From Bacilli bacterium (lineage in GTDB: Bacteria > Bacillota_I > Bacilli_A > RF39 > UBA660): a DNA stretch of 64,000 nucleotides. Location of the stretch: NCBI GenBank assembly GCA_017936845.1, contig JAGBES010000013.1, forward strand, positions 18,008-82,007, written 5' to 3'. The translations under genes and the position numbers were made by a program. The notes beneath the pieces are model-generated. The model was not told the origin of the DNA. It searched no databases and was given only the letters and a program-made list of their open reading frames with translations. This document shows, in pieces, positions 31,095-39,237 of the stretch (position 1 is the first letter of the stretch; the number at the start of each line of letters is the position of its first letter).

Positions 31095-32568
31095 ATAAAA
31101 CAATTGCAAATAAATTACCAGAACCTTTATTAACTAACTTAGTTAAAGTTTGACATAATTTAAATCTAATATTTTCAGGTAATAATGATAATTTAGCTTG
31201 AATACCTTCTTTAACAATAACATCTAAACTTCTACCAAAAATTTCACTTTTCCATATATTATCAGGATTAGTATCAAAATCTTTCATTAAATAATCAATT
31301 AATTCTTTACTTTGAAGTTCAGAACCAATAATAGGTTCAAAAGTAGATTCAACATCAACTCTAATCATATGAATAGAAGGAGCTGTTGCTTTTAATTTTA
31401 CACCGTATCGACTACCTTGTTTTATTATTTCAGGTGTATCTAACTTCATATCAGTTAAAGAAGGGGAAGCAACTCCATATCCTGTTTGTTTTACCATTTT
31501 TAGAGCTGATTTAATTTGATCATATTCAGACTTAGTTTCATTGTAATCTTGGAAGATATTTAAAAGTTCAGCTTTATTAGAAATGTCAATACCTATAATT
31601 TCTTTTAGAATTTTATTGTATAAATCACTAGGTGCTTCAAGAGTAATAGTAACAGTACCAGTAGAAGTATTGACTTCTGATAAATAAGCCTTGTTAATAT
31701 ATTCACAATCATTAAAATGACCAGTAATAATATCAACATCTTTTAGTTTATCAATTTCACTAACGCTTTCTCTTATTTTTTCAATATATATTTGTTTTAG
31801 CCAATTATTTGAAGATAAACATGCAATCCATTCAGGCATATTAACATTTACTTCTAAAACTGGAAATTCATATAAAGCACTTTTTAAAATATCATAGATA
31901 TCTCTTTCATTCATATTTTCAACATTAATAGGCAATACAGGAACACCATATGAATCTTTTAAATTAAGAGCAAGTCTTTCGGTTTCAGGTAGCATAGGAT
32001 GAGCTGTATTTAAAACAACAATAAAAGGTTTACCATAAGATTTAAGTTCTTCAACAACTCTTTGTTCTGTTTCAACATAACTAGATCTTGTAATTTCACC
32101 AAAAGATCCATCAGTAGTAATAACAATTCCTATTGAAGAATGATCTCTTATTACTTTTTCAGTACCAATTTCAGCAGCCTCAATAAAAGGAATTTCTTCA
32201 TCGTACCAAGGACATTTAACCATTCTTGGACCATTTTCATCCTCATATCCTTTAGCTTCTGGTATAACATATCCAACACAATCAATTAATCTTATATTAG
32301 CACTAAAATCATCAATATCAATTTTAGCAGCATTACTAGGTACAAATTTAGGTTCAGTTGTCATTATAGTTCTTCCTTGAGCACTTTGTGGAATTTCATC
32401 TAAAGTTCTTTTCTTTTCATACTCATCTTCTATATTAGGGACAACTAGATTTTCAATAACTTTTTTTATAAATGTTGATTTTCCAGTTCTAACAGCCCCA
32501 ACGACACCTAAATAAATTTCACCACCTGTACGTTCAGTAATACTTCTTATAACATCTGTTTTTTCCAT
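31093..32568 (-). CDS. spoIVA: Stage IV sporulation protein A (spore coat morphogenetic ATPase)
   Basis: MEKTDVIRSITERTGGEIYLGVVGAVRTGKSTFIKK (Walker A), 491 aa. Colinear with SpoIVA throughout. Confidence 0.95.
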   Translation of the reverse strand: MEKTDVIRSITERTGGEIYLGVVGAVRTGKSTFIKKVIENLVVPNIEDEYEKKRTLDEIPQSAQGRTIMTTEPKFVPSNAAKIDIDDFSANIRLIDCVGYVIPEAKGYEDENGPRMVKCPWYDEEIPFIEAAEIGTEKVIRDHSSIGIVITTDGSFGEITRSSYVETEQRVVEELKSYGKPFIVVLNTAHPMLPETERLALNLKDSYGVPVLPINVENMNERDIYDILKSALYEFPVLEVNVNMPEWIACLSSNNWLKQIYIEKIRESVSEIDKLKDVDIITGHFNDCEYINKAYLSEVNTSTGTVTITLEAPSDLYNKILKEIIGIDISNKAELLNIFQDYNETKSEYDQIKSALKMVKQTGYGVASPSLTDMKLDTPEIIKQGSRYGVKLKATAPSIHMIRVDVESTFEPIIGSELQSKELIDYLMKDFDTNPDNIWKSEIFGRSLDVIVKEGIQAKLSLLPENIRFKLCQTLTKLVNKGSGNLFAIVL

Positions 32569-32656
32569 TTAATCCCTACTTTCCATAATCACTTAAATAT
32601 ATGTTAAAAATAATAATTATATTCAAAAATAAATAAAAAAACTGATTATTTCAGTT

Positions 32657-32899
32657 TTATATCATTTTATCAATATCTTTAGGAATATTGTCATTTTGAA
32701 CAGCACTTATAATTTTGTCTTCTTTTTCTTTAGAAATTTCTTTTCCAGTAAGTTTACTAAGTTCTTGAATAACATCTCTTAAGTTATTTTCATCTTTCAT
32801 ATCACCTTGTTGTAATTTACTAGCAAGTTCTAAAATAGTATCTTTACTAACATTAGTTTTTTTCTCAATTCTTTTAAAAAAACTGTCTGAAAAATTCAT
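32657..32899 (-). CDS. spoVIF: Stage VI sporulation protein F (YjcC family)
   Basis: FFKRIEKKTNVSKDTILELASKLQQGDMKDENNLRDVIQELSKLTGKEISKEKEDKII, 80 aa. Confidence 0.75.
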   Translation of the reverse strand: MNFSDSFFKRIEKKTNVSKDTILELASKLQQGDMKDENNLRDVIQELSKLTGKEISKEKEDKIISAVQNDNIPKDIDKMI

Positions 32900-32950
32900 A
32901 AATCAATCCTCCTAATAACAATGTATTCTTTTATTAAAAATGGGTTATAG

Positions 32951-33100
32951 TTTATTTAGAAAAAAATCAAAAAATTAAAAAAATAAAAAATTAAAAATTA
33001 AAAAATGCCTTTAAAAATAAGAAAAAATCAAAAAAATAAAAAAATCAAAAAATAAAAAAAAGTAAACTTTACAAAAAATTAAAAAAATAAAAATCGATTT
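32951..33100 (+). repeat. A-tract array (strand-asymmetric poly-A runs) in the divergent spoVIF/nrdD intergenic region
   Basis: About 150 nt of A5-A8 runs every 8-10 nt. aaaaaatcaaaaaa occurs three times (about 32961, 33022 and 33041). Confidence 0.8.
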
Positions 33101-33166
33101 TTTGTTGAAAAACAAAGGTAAAATTAGATACCAAACATTTTTTTGGTTTTTTATTACAAAAAAGTA

Positions 33167-33195
33167 TTGACTTAGCATTTTTTTTGTCATACAAT
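33167..33195 (+). promoter_or_regulatory. Sigma-A-type promoter for nrdD
   Basis: TTGACT (33167-33172), 17-nt spacer, TACAAT (33190-33195). AGGAGG RBS downstream. Confidence 0.6.
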
Positions 33196-33221
33196 TTATT
33201 TAGAAAGTAGGAGGTATTAAG

Positions 33222-35510
33222 ATGGTAGAGGAGTTATTAGAAACTAAAAGTGTTATTAAAAGAAATGGTAAAAAAGTAGAATTTGATGGTTCTAAAATAG
33301 CACTTGCTATAAAAAAAGGTTTCGATAGTATAAAAAAAGATGAAGATGAAGAAAATAAATATACAGAAAAAGATATTCAAAAAATATATCAAGCTGTTAT
33401 ATCAAGAATTCAAAAATTAGAAGATAACAAAATTAAAATAGAAGAAATTCAAGATATGATAGAAGAAGAATTAGAAAAAAAAGGATATGAAGATGTATTT
33501 AATTCTTTTAAAGAATATAGAGAAAGAAGAGCAAATTCAAGAAAATTATTTTTTGATGAAAAGAAAACTCACAAATTTTTAAAATCAATAGAAAGCCTTG
33601 GTCTTAAATCAGCACATGAAGAAGATGCTAAAAGAGAAAATGCTAATGTTGATGGAGATACTGCTATGGGTACAATGTTACAATATGGTAGTACTATTTC
33701 AAAAGAATTTGCAAAATCTTATTTAATGAAACCTAGATTTGCAAAAGCTCATGATGATGGAACAATACATATACATGACATGGACTTTTTACCAATGGGA
33801 ACTACAACATGTATGCAGATAGAACTAGATAGATTATTTAAAAATGGATTTTCAACAGGACATGGTCATTTAAGAAGTCCAAACGATATAATGAGTTATT
33901 CAGCTTTAGCTGCTATAGCAATTCAATCAAATCAAAATGACCAACATGGAGGACAATCTATTCCAGCATTTGATTTTTATATGGCACCAGGGGTACTTAA
34001 AACATTCAAAAAACAATTTAAACAAACAATATATGATTTATTAGATTATAGTGATTTACTTTCATTTATAAATATGGATAGATTGGCAAAAGAAATAGAT
34101 AAGTTAAACTCAATAGATGTTGATATAGAAATATTTTCAAATTTTTATAAAGAATCGGATGCTGTAAAAAGATTATTTACAAAAAGTTATGAAAAAGCAT
34201 TACAAAAAACAAATAGAACAACATATCAAGCTATGGAAGCATTTGTACATAATTTAAATACAATGCATTCAAGAGCTGGAGCACAAGTGCCATTTTCATC
34301 AATAAATTTTGGTACTGATACTTCTAGTGAAGGACGTATGGTTATTAAGAACTTCTTACTTGCTACTAATGAAGGATTAGGAAGAGGAGAAACACCAATA
34401 TTTCCAGTTTCAATTTTCAAAGTAAAAGAAGGAATTAACTATAATAAAGAAGATAAAAACTATGATATGTTTAAATTAGCATGTGAAGTTTCTGCTAAAA
34501 GATTATTTCCAAACTTCTCATTCTTAGATGCTCCACATAATATACCTTATTATAAAGAAGGAGACTATAGGACAGAAGTTGGATATATGGGATGTAGAAC
34601 AAGAGTTATGAGTGATGTAACTGATTCTAATAATGAAACAACAGGTGGAAGAGGAAATTTGTCATTTACTTCAATTAACTTACCAAGAATAGCTATAAAA
34701 CATGGTATATGTTTAAAAGAAAGAGAAACAGCTGATATGGAAGGATTTTATGAGGAACTTGATGAAGTAATGGAACTTGTAAAGGATCAATTATTAGAAA
34801 GATTTGAAATTCAATGCAATAAAAGATGTTATAATTTCCCATTCTTAATTGAACAAGGAGTTTGGACAGATGGAGATAAATTAAAACCAACAGATAGACT
34901 TAGAAGAATTTTAAAACACGGTAGTTTAACATTTGGATTTATAGGACTTGCTGAAACATTGAAAGCTTTAATTGGTAAACATCAAGGTGAATCAGAAGAA
35001 GCTCAAAAATTAGGACTTGAAATAATAGGACATATGAGAAAAAAAGCAGATTCATATGCCGAAAAATATAATTTAAACTTTACTTTAATTGCAACACCAG
35101 CTGAAGGATTATCTGGAAGATTTGTTGGAATAGATAGGGCAATTTATGGAAAAATTAAAGGAGTAACAGATAAAGAATATTATACAAACTCATTCCATGT
35201 ACCTGTTTATTATAATATAAGTATAAGTAAAAAAATAGAAATCGAAGCACCATATCATGCATTAACGAATGGTGGACATATATCTTATATAGAATTAGAT
35301 GGAGATACAGCTAAAAATTTAGAAGCATTTGAAAGTGTTATAAGATTAATGAAAGAAGCGGGAATTGGTTACGGGGCAATTAACCATCCAGTAGATAGAG
35401 ATCCAGTATGTGGATATGTTGGAGTAATTGGTGATGTTTGTCCAGGATGTGGTAGAAAAGAATTTGAAAGTGTACCACTTGAAAAAGTAGAATTTAAATG
35501 TAATTGTTAG
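33222..35510 (+). CDS. nrdD: Anaerobic ribonucleoside-triphosphate reductase, large piece lacking the glycyl-radical motif
   Basis: ATP-cone N-terminus (VIKRNGKKVEFDGSKIALAI), class III core, and Cys-rich end VCPGCGRKEF..FKCNC followed by TAG. There is no RVxGY motif in this ORF. Confidence 0.85.
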   Translation: MVEELLETKSVIKRNGKKVEFDGSKIALAIKKGFDSIKKDEDEENKYTEKDIQKIYQAVISRIQKLEDNKIKIEEIQDMIEEELEKKGYEDVFNSFKEYRERRANSRKLFFDEKKTHKFLKSIESLGLKSAHEEDAKRENANVDGDTAMGTMLQYGSTISKEFAKSYLMKPRFAKAHDDGTIHIHDMDFLPMGTTTCMQIELDRLFKNGFSTGHGHLRSPNDIMSYSALAAIAIQSNQNDQHGGQSIPAFDFYMAPGVLKTFKKQFKQTIYDLLDYSDLLSFINMDRLAKEIDKLNSIDVDIEIFSNFYKESDAVKRLFTKSYEKALQKTNRTTYQAMEAFVHNLNTMHSRAGAQVPFSSINFGTDTSSEGRMVIKNFLLATNEGLGRGETPIFPVSIFKVKEGINYNKEDKNYDMFKLACEVSAKRLFPNFSFLDAPHNIPYYKEGDYRTEVGYMGCRTRVMSDVTDSNNETTGGRGNLSFTSINLPRIAIKHGICLKERETADMEGFYEELDEVMELVKDQLLERFEIQCNKRCYNFPFLIEQGVWTDGDKLKPTDRLRRILKHGSLTFGFIGLAETLKALIGKHQGESEEAQKLGLEIIGHMRKKADSYAEKYNLNFTLIATPAEGLSGRFVGIDRAIYGKIKGVTDKEYYTNSFHVPVYYNISISKKIEIEAPYHALTNGGHISYIELDGDTAKNLEAFESVIRLMKEAGIGYGAINHPVDRDPVCGYVGVIGDVCPGCGRKEFESVPLEKVEFKCNC

Positions 35511-35521
35511 GAGGAATTAAT

Positions 35522-35695
35522 ATGGAAAAAATGGTAGGAGAAGGAATAGGATTTGAAAGAATCAGAAGAGTTACAGGATATCTTGCAGGAGATGTAAAAA
35601 GATTTAATAATGGTAAAAGAGCTGAAGAAAGAGATAGAGTTAAACATACTGGTGTTAAAGAAGTTATCAAGTTTAATAAAGAAAAAGAAGTATAA
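35522..35695 (+). CDS. Stand-alone glycyl-radical peptide corresponding to the NrdD C-terminus (57 aa)
   Basis: FERIRRVTGYLAGDVKRFNNGKRAEERDRVKH matches the NrdD glycyl-radical C-terminus (E. coli RRVCGYLG..FNAGKQEEVKRRVKH). AGGAGG at 35509-35514 lies 7 nt before the ATG. The frame differs from nrdD. Confidence 0.7.
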   Translation: MEKMVGEGIGFERIRRVTGYLAGDVKRFNNGKRAEERDRVKHTGVKEVIKFNKEKEV

Positions 35696-35697
35696 TT

Positions 35698-36264
35698 ATG
35701 AAAATACGTTTAGCAGCTGACTTACAAAGTGATAGTATAGTAGATGGTGAAGGAATCAGAACTGTTATTTGGACACAAGGTTGTCCTCATAATTGTTTTG
35801 GCTGCCATAATAAAGATACACATGATTTTAATGATGGAGCCTTAATAGATATAGAAGAAGTTAAAGATAAAATATTAAAATTAAAGAATCAAGATGGTTT
35901 GACATTTTCAGGAGGGGATCCAATGTGTCAACCAGAAGCTTGCTTAGAATTAGCAAAATTTGCTAAAGAAATAGGATTAAATATTTGGTGTTATACTGGT
36001 TATACATATGAACAATTAATTGTCTTATCAAAAACAAAGCCAAGTATTAAAAAATTTCTAGAATATATAGATATACTTATCGATGGTAAATTTATATTAG
36101 AAGAAAAAAGTAATGATATATTATTTAGAGGATCTAAAAATCAAAGAATAATTGATGTAAAGAAAAGTTTAGCAGAAAATAAAGTATGTTTAGTAGAAAA
36201 ATATGTAAAAAAAGAAAACAAAGAACAATATAAATTTTGTCATGAACAATATTTATTTGTATAG
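35698..36264 (+). CDS. nrdG: Anaerobic ribonucleotide reductase activating protein (radical SAM)
   Basis: GCPHNCFGCHN (CxxxCxxC) and GGDP. Confidence 0.9.
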   Translation: MKIRLAADLQSDSIVDGEGIRTVIWTQGCPHNCFGCHNKDTHDFNDGALIDIEEVKDKILKLKNQDGLTFSGGDPMCQPEACLELAKFAKEIGLNIWCYTGYTYEQLIVLSKTKPSIKKFLEYIDILIDGKFILEEKSNDILFRGSKNQRIIDVKKSLAENKVCLVEKYVKKENKEQYKFCHEQYLFV

Positions 36265-36313
36265 AAATCTTGATAGATTTTCTTTTTTTTTATATAATAA
36301 AGATGGTGATAAA

Positions 36314-37222
36314 ATGGAAATAATAATAGGTTCACATGTATCATTTAAAAGTGATGATCAATTGCTTGGAAGTTTAAAAGAAGCTTTAAGTTATGGAGCT
36401 AACACATTTATGTTTTATACAGGAGCTCCTCAAAATACTAAAAGATGTGAATTAAATGATAACATGACATTAGAAGCATTAAAATTAATGAAAGAAAACT
36501 CTATTGATTTAAGAAATATAATTGTTCATGCTCCATATATAGTAAATCCAGCCAATAATGCTAATAGGGAATTTTCAATTAATTTTTTAAGACAAGAAAT
36601 AGATAGAGTAGAAAGATTAGGTATAACAAAAATAGTTTTACATCCAGGAAGCCATGTAGGAATTGGGAGTGAACAGGGAATAAAAAATATAATAGATGTA
36701 TTAAATGCTACTATATTAAGTGATACAAAAGTAGATATATGTTTAGAAACAATGGCTGGAAAAGGTTCAGAATGTGGTAGAACATTTGAAGAAATAAAAA
36801 AAATAATCGACGGAGTAGTTTATAAAGATAAAGTGAAAGTTTGCTTAGATACTTGTCACATAAATGATGCTGGATATGATTTAAATGAATTTGATAGAAT
36901 AATAGATGATTTTGATAATATAATAGGAATTGATAAATTAGCATGTCTTCATATAAATGATAGTAAAAATATAATGGGAAGTCATAAAGATAGACATGAA
37001 AATATAGGATTTGGACAAATAGGATTTAATAATCTAATGAAAGTTTTATATCATCCAAAATTAAAAGATATTCCTAAAATATTAGAAACACCATATATTG
37101 CAGTAGACGATAAAACAAAATATCCGCCATATAAATTTGAAATAGAAATGATAAGAAATAAAAAAATTAATGATAATTTGTTAGAAGATGTAAAAAAATA
37201 TTATGAAAAAAAAGATAGTTAA
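36314..37222 (+). CDS. nfo: Endonuclease IV (deoxyribonuclease IV)
   Basis: HAPYIVNPA, HPGSH, ETMAGKGSE, CLDTCH, HINDS. Start moved to ATG 36314, after GGTGAT. Confidence 0.9.
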   Translation: MEIIIGSHVSFKSDDQLLGSLKEALSYGANTFMFYTGAPQNTKRCELNDNMTLEALKLMKENSIDLRNIIVHAPYIVNPANNANREFSINFLRQEIDRVERLGITKIVLHPGSHVGIGSEQGIKNIIDVLNATILSDTKVDICLETMAGKGSECGRTFEEIKKIIDGVVYKDKVKVCLDTCHINDAGYDLNEFDRIIDDFDNIIGIDKLACLHINDSKNIMGSHKDRHENIGFGQIGFNNLMKVLYHPKLKDIPKILETPYIAVDDKTKYPPYKFEIEMIRNKKINDNLLEDVKKYYEKKDS

Positions 37223-37233
37223 TCTATCTTTTT
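37206..37233. terminator. Bidirectional terminator shared by convergent nfo and ldh
   Basis: aaaagatag-ttaat-ctatctttt flanked by A/T runs. Both stop codons lie inside it. Confidence 0.7.
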
Positions 37234-38127
37234 AATTGCGTCTTTAATTACATTAATGGAATGTTCTAATTTACTAGTTTCTTCATTATTAAGTTCAATA
37301 TAAACTTTATTTTTAATTCCATCTTTATTGATAATAGCAGGTAAACCAATAAAAACATCATTATTTTCATCATAAGTAGAAACCGTTATAATAGCATTTT
37401 CATTTCCTAAAATAGCATTAGTAATTCTAACTAAACACATCCCAATACCATAATAAGTAGCTCCCTTTTTATTAATAATTTCATAAGCTGCATTTTTAAC
37501 TTCATCACAAATTTTATTCATTTCATCATCATTTAAATAGTCCTTAATATTTTGAAGACCGATATTAGCATTACTCCAAGGAACAAATTCAGAATCACCA
37601 TGTTCACCAATAACATAAGCATGAACATTTTTAGGACTAATAGATAATTTATCACTTATTAAATATCTAAGACGAGAAGTATCTAAACTAGTACCACTAC
37701 CTATAATTTTATTAGGGTTTAATCCAGAGTATTTATAAGTTAAATAAGTCATAACATCTAAAGGATTAGTTGCTACTAGGAATATACCATTAAAATCATT
37801 TTTCATGACATTATCAATAATTGATTTAAAAATGACACTGTTTTTATTAATTAAATCCATTCTTGTTTCACCTGGATTTTGATTAGCACCAGCTGCAATA
37901 CAAACTATTTTTGCATCTTTACAATCAGAATAATCACCAACTTTTATAGATAATTTAGAAGGAGCAAAAGCTAAACAATGATTTAAATCCATTGCTTCTC
38001 CAATAATTCTATCTTTATTTAAGTCGATTAGAACAATTTCATTAACATATGTTCTTTGATTAAGTAAAGCATAAGCATAACTCATACCAACATTACCACA
38101 ACCAATTATAACGACTTTGTTATTCAT
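37219..38127 (-). CDS. ldh: L-lactate dehydrogenase
   Basis: KVVIIGCGNVGMSYAYAL, ATNPLDVMTY, IGEHGDSEF. Confidence 0.9.
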   Translation of the reverse strand: MNNKVVIIGCGNVGMSYAYALLNQRTYVNEIVLIDLNKDRIIGEAMDLNHCLAFAPSKLSIKVGDYSDCKDAKIVCIAAGANQNPGETRMDLINKNSVIFKSIIDNVMKNDFNGIFLVATNPLDVMTYLTYKYSGLNPNKIIGSGTSLDTSRLRYLISDKLSISPKNVHAYVIGEHGDSEFVPWSNANIGLQNIKDYLNDDEMNKICDEVKNAAYEIINKKGATYYGIGMCLVRITNAILGNENAIITVSTYDENNDVFIGLPAIINKDGIKNKVYIELNNEETSKLEHSINVIKDAIKKID

Positions 38128-38138
38128 AATTAACCTCC

Positions 38139-38240
38139 TTATGCATTATAATATATCCATATTGAACATAAACATGCAATTAAAACAGTAATAACTATTT
38201 TAATTGTATACTTTATAGCATTCTTTTTAAAATTATTCAT
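38139..38240 (-). CDS. Possible 33-aa hydrophobic peptide upstream of ldh
   Basis: Hand translation gives MNNFKKNAIKYTIKIVITVLIACLCSIWIYYNA*. GGTGAT lies 5 nt upstream and TGATATAAT is further upstream. The stop overlaps the ldh RBS. Below the ORF-track length cutoff. Confidence 0.35.
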   Translation of the reverse strand: MNNFKKNAIKYTIKIVITVLIACLCSIWIYYNA

Positions 38241-38289
38241 AATTTATCACCTAATAAATTATATCATAAAAAAAATAACACATAAAGTG

Positions 38290-38850
38290 TTAAATTAATC
38301 TAATTTCAGATTCATTATAAAATGGTCTATTTTTATTAATTCTATCATAGAATAAAATTCCATTTAAATGATCAATTTCATGTTGAAAAGCAATAGATAA
38401 ATCCTCTCTAGCACGAATCTTAATTTTATTACCATCAATATCATATCCCTGAACAGTAACTCTAGCAAATCTAGGAACATATCCTTCAATTTCACGATTC
38501 ACACTAAGACATCCTTCACCAACTTCAGCAGCAACTAATTCTGTTGAATTACTAATTATTTCTGGATTAATCACAACATAGTTTTTAAATTTTCCTTCTT
38601 CATATTCATGAACTATAACAATAATTCTTTTAAGCATTCCAAGTTGTGGAAAGGCAAGCCCCATACCAGGTCTTAAATTATATTTTTTCTCATATTTTTC
38701 AATTTGACTATATGTTAAGTGTTTAATTATTTGTTCAATAGTTTCTTTATCTTCATTAGAAAGTGGGAAAGTAACTTCTTTACTAATACTTCTTAGTATT
38801 TTATTTGCTTTTCTATCTTTATCATCTAATATATCAAGTTTCTTAAACAT
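38290..38850 (-). CDS. def: Peptide deformylase
   Basis: GMGLAFPQLG, EGCLS, HEIDHLNG. Confidence 0.95.
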   Translation of the reverse strand: MFKKLDILDDKDRKANKILRSISKEVTFPLSNEDKETIEQIIKHLTYSQIEKYEKKYNLRPGMGLAFPQLGMLKRIIVIVHEYEEGKFKNYVVINPEIISNSTELVAAEVGEGCLSVNREIEGYVPRFARVTVQGYDIDGNKIKIRAREDLSIAFQHEIDHLNGILFYDRINKNRPFYNESEIRLI

Positions 38851-38904
38851 AATACCACCACCAATAATGATATTTTATCACAAAAAGAGATAATAAACAA
38901 TATT

Positions 38905-38930
38905 AAAAAACTCTATATTAATAGAGTTTT
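38905..38930 (-). terminator. Rho-independent terminator after the YjcZ-like gene
   Basis: aaaactctat-atta-atagagtttt, with a T-run on the minus strand. Confidence 0.65.
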
Positions 38931-38943
38931 AAAATGTTTATAA

Positions 38944-39102
38944 TTAGTTTCTATCCCAAGCTCTAGCTCCAATAATAATTACTAATAAAATAAATAGAAC
39001 TAAAATTACAGCTGCTCCATATCCAGCACCGTATCCATATTGTTGATATCCACCACATGGATTACCACAACCATAACCTTGGTATCCACCATAATAATAC
39101 AT
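38944..39102 (-). CDS. YjcZ-family small sporulation protein (Gly/Tyr-rich N-terminus plus one TM)
   Basis: Hand translation gives MYYYGGYQGYGCGNPCGGYQQYGYGAGYGAAVILVLFILLVIIIGARAWDRN*. GGAGGG RBS. 52 aa, below the ORF-track cutoff. Confidence 0.65.
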   Translation of the reverse strand: MYYYGGYQGYGCGNPCGGYQQYGYGAGYGAAVILVLFILLVIIIGARAWDRN

Positions 39103-39237
39103 ACGAATCCCTCCTATTCTTTCTAATATATTTTACTCGCAAATGAAAAAATTGTTACTTTAAAAAAGTTTATAATTTATTTTTTTTAGTAATTGTTAAT
39201 TAAAACATAATATGTTAAAATTATAATAGGTGATACT

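Noticed and set aside
32596-32624. Sigma-E-type promoter (GAATATA-N14-CATATATT on the minus strand) upstream of spoIVA
   Set aside because: It is plausible from knowledge of B. subtilis spoIVA. However, the match consists of AT-only strings that occur by chance in this genome, so it is not reported as a feature.
32951-33100. A-rich repeats considered as a CRISPR array, minisatellite or IS remnant
   Set aside because: The units are irregular (7-10 nt) with no unique spacers. No cas or transposase genes are nearby. It is better described as an A-tract array.
33097-33148. Two imperfect palindromes (tttgttgaaaaacaaa and accaaacatttttttggt) about 33 nt apart upstream of nrdD, considered as NrdR boxes
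   Set aside because: The spacing is suggestive, but the sequences do not resemble the NrdR box consensus as I remember it (acaCwAtATaTwGtgt). They lie upstream of the -35 rather than overlapping the promoter. In DNA this AT-rich such palindromes arise easily.
33222-35695. nrdD as a simple frameshift pseudogene
   Set aside because: This is not adopted as the primary call. The downstream piece has a perfect AGGAGG at ideal spacing, and nrdG is intact. Only a 4-nt window could host a fusing indel. It remains the main alternative and is flagged in the finding.
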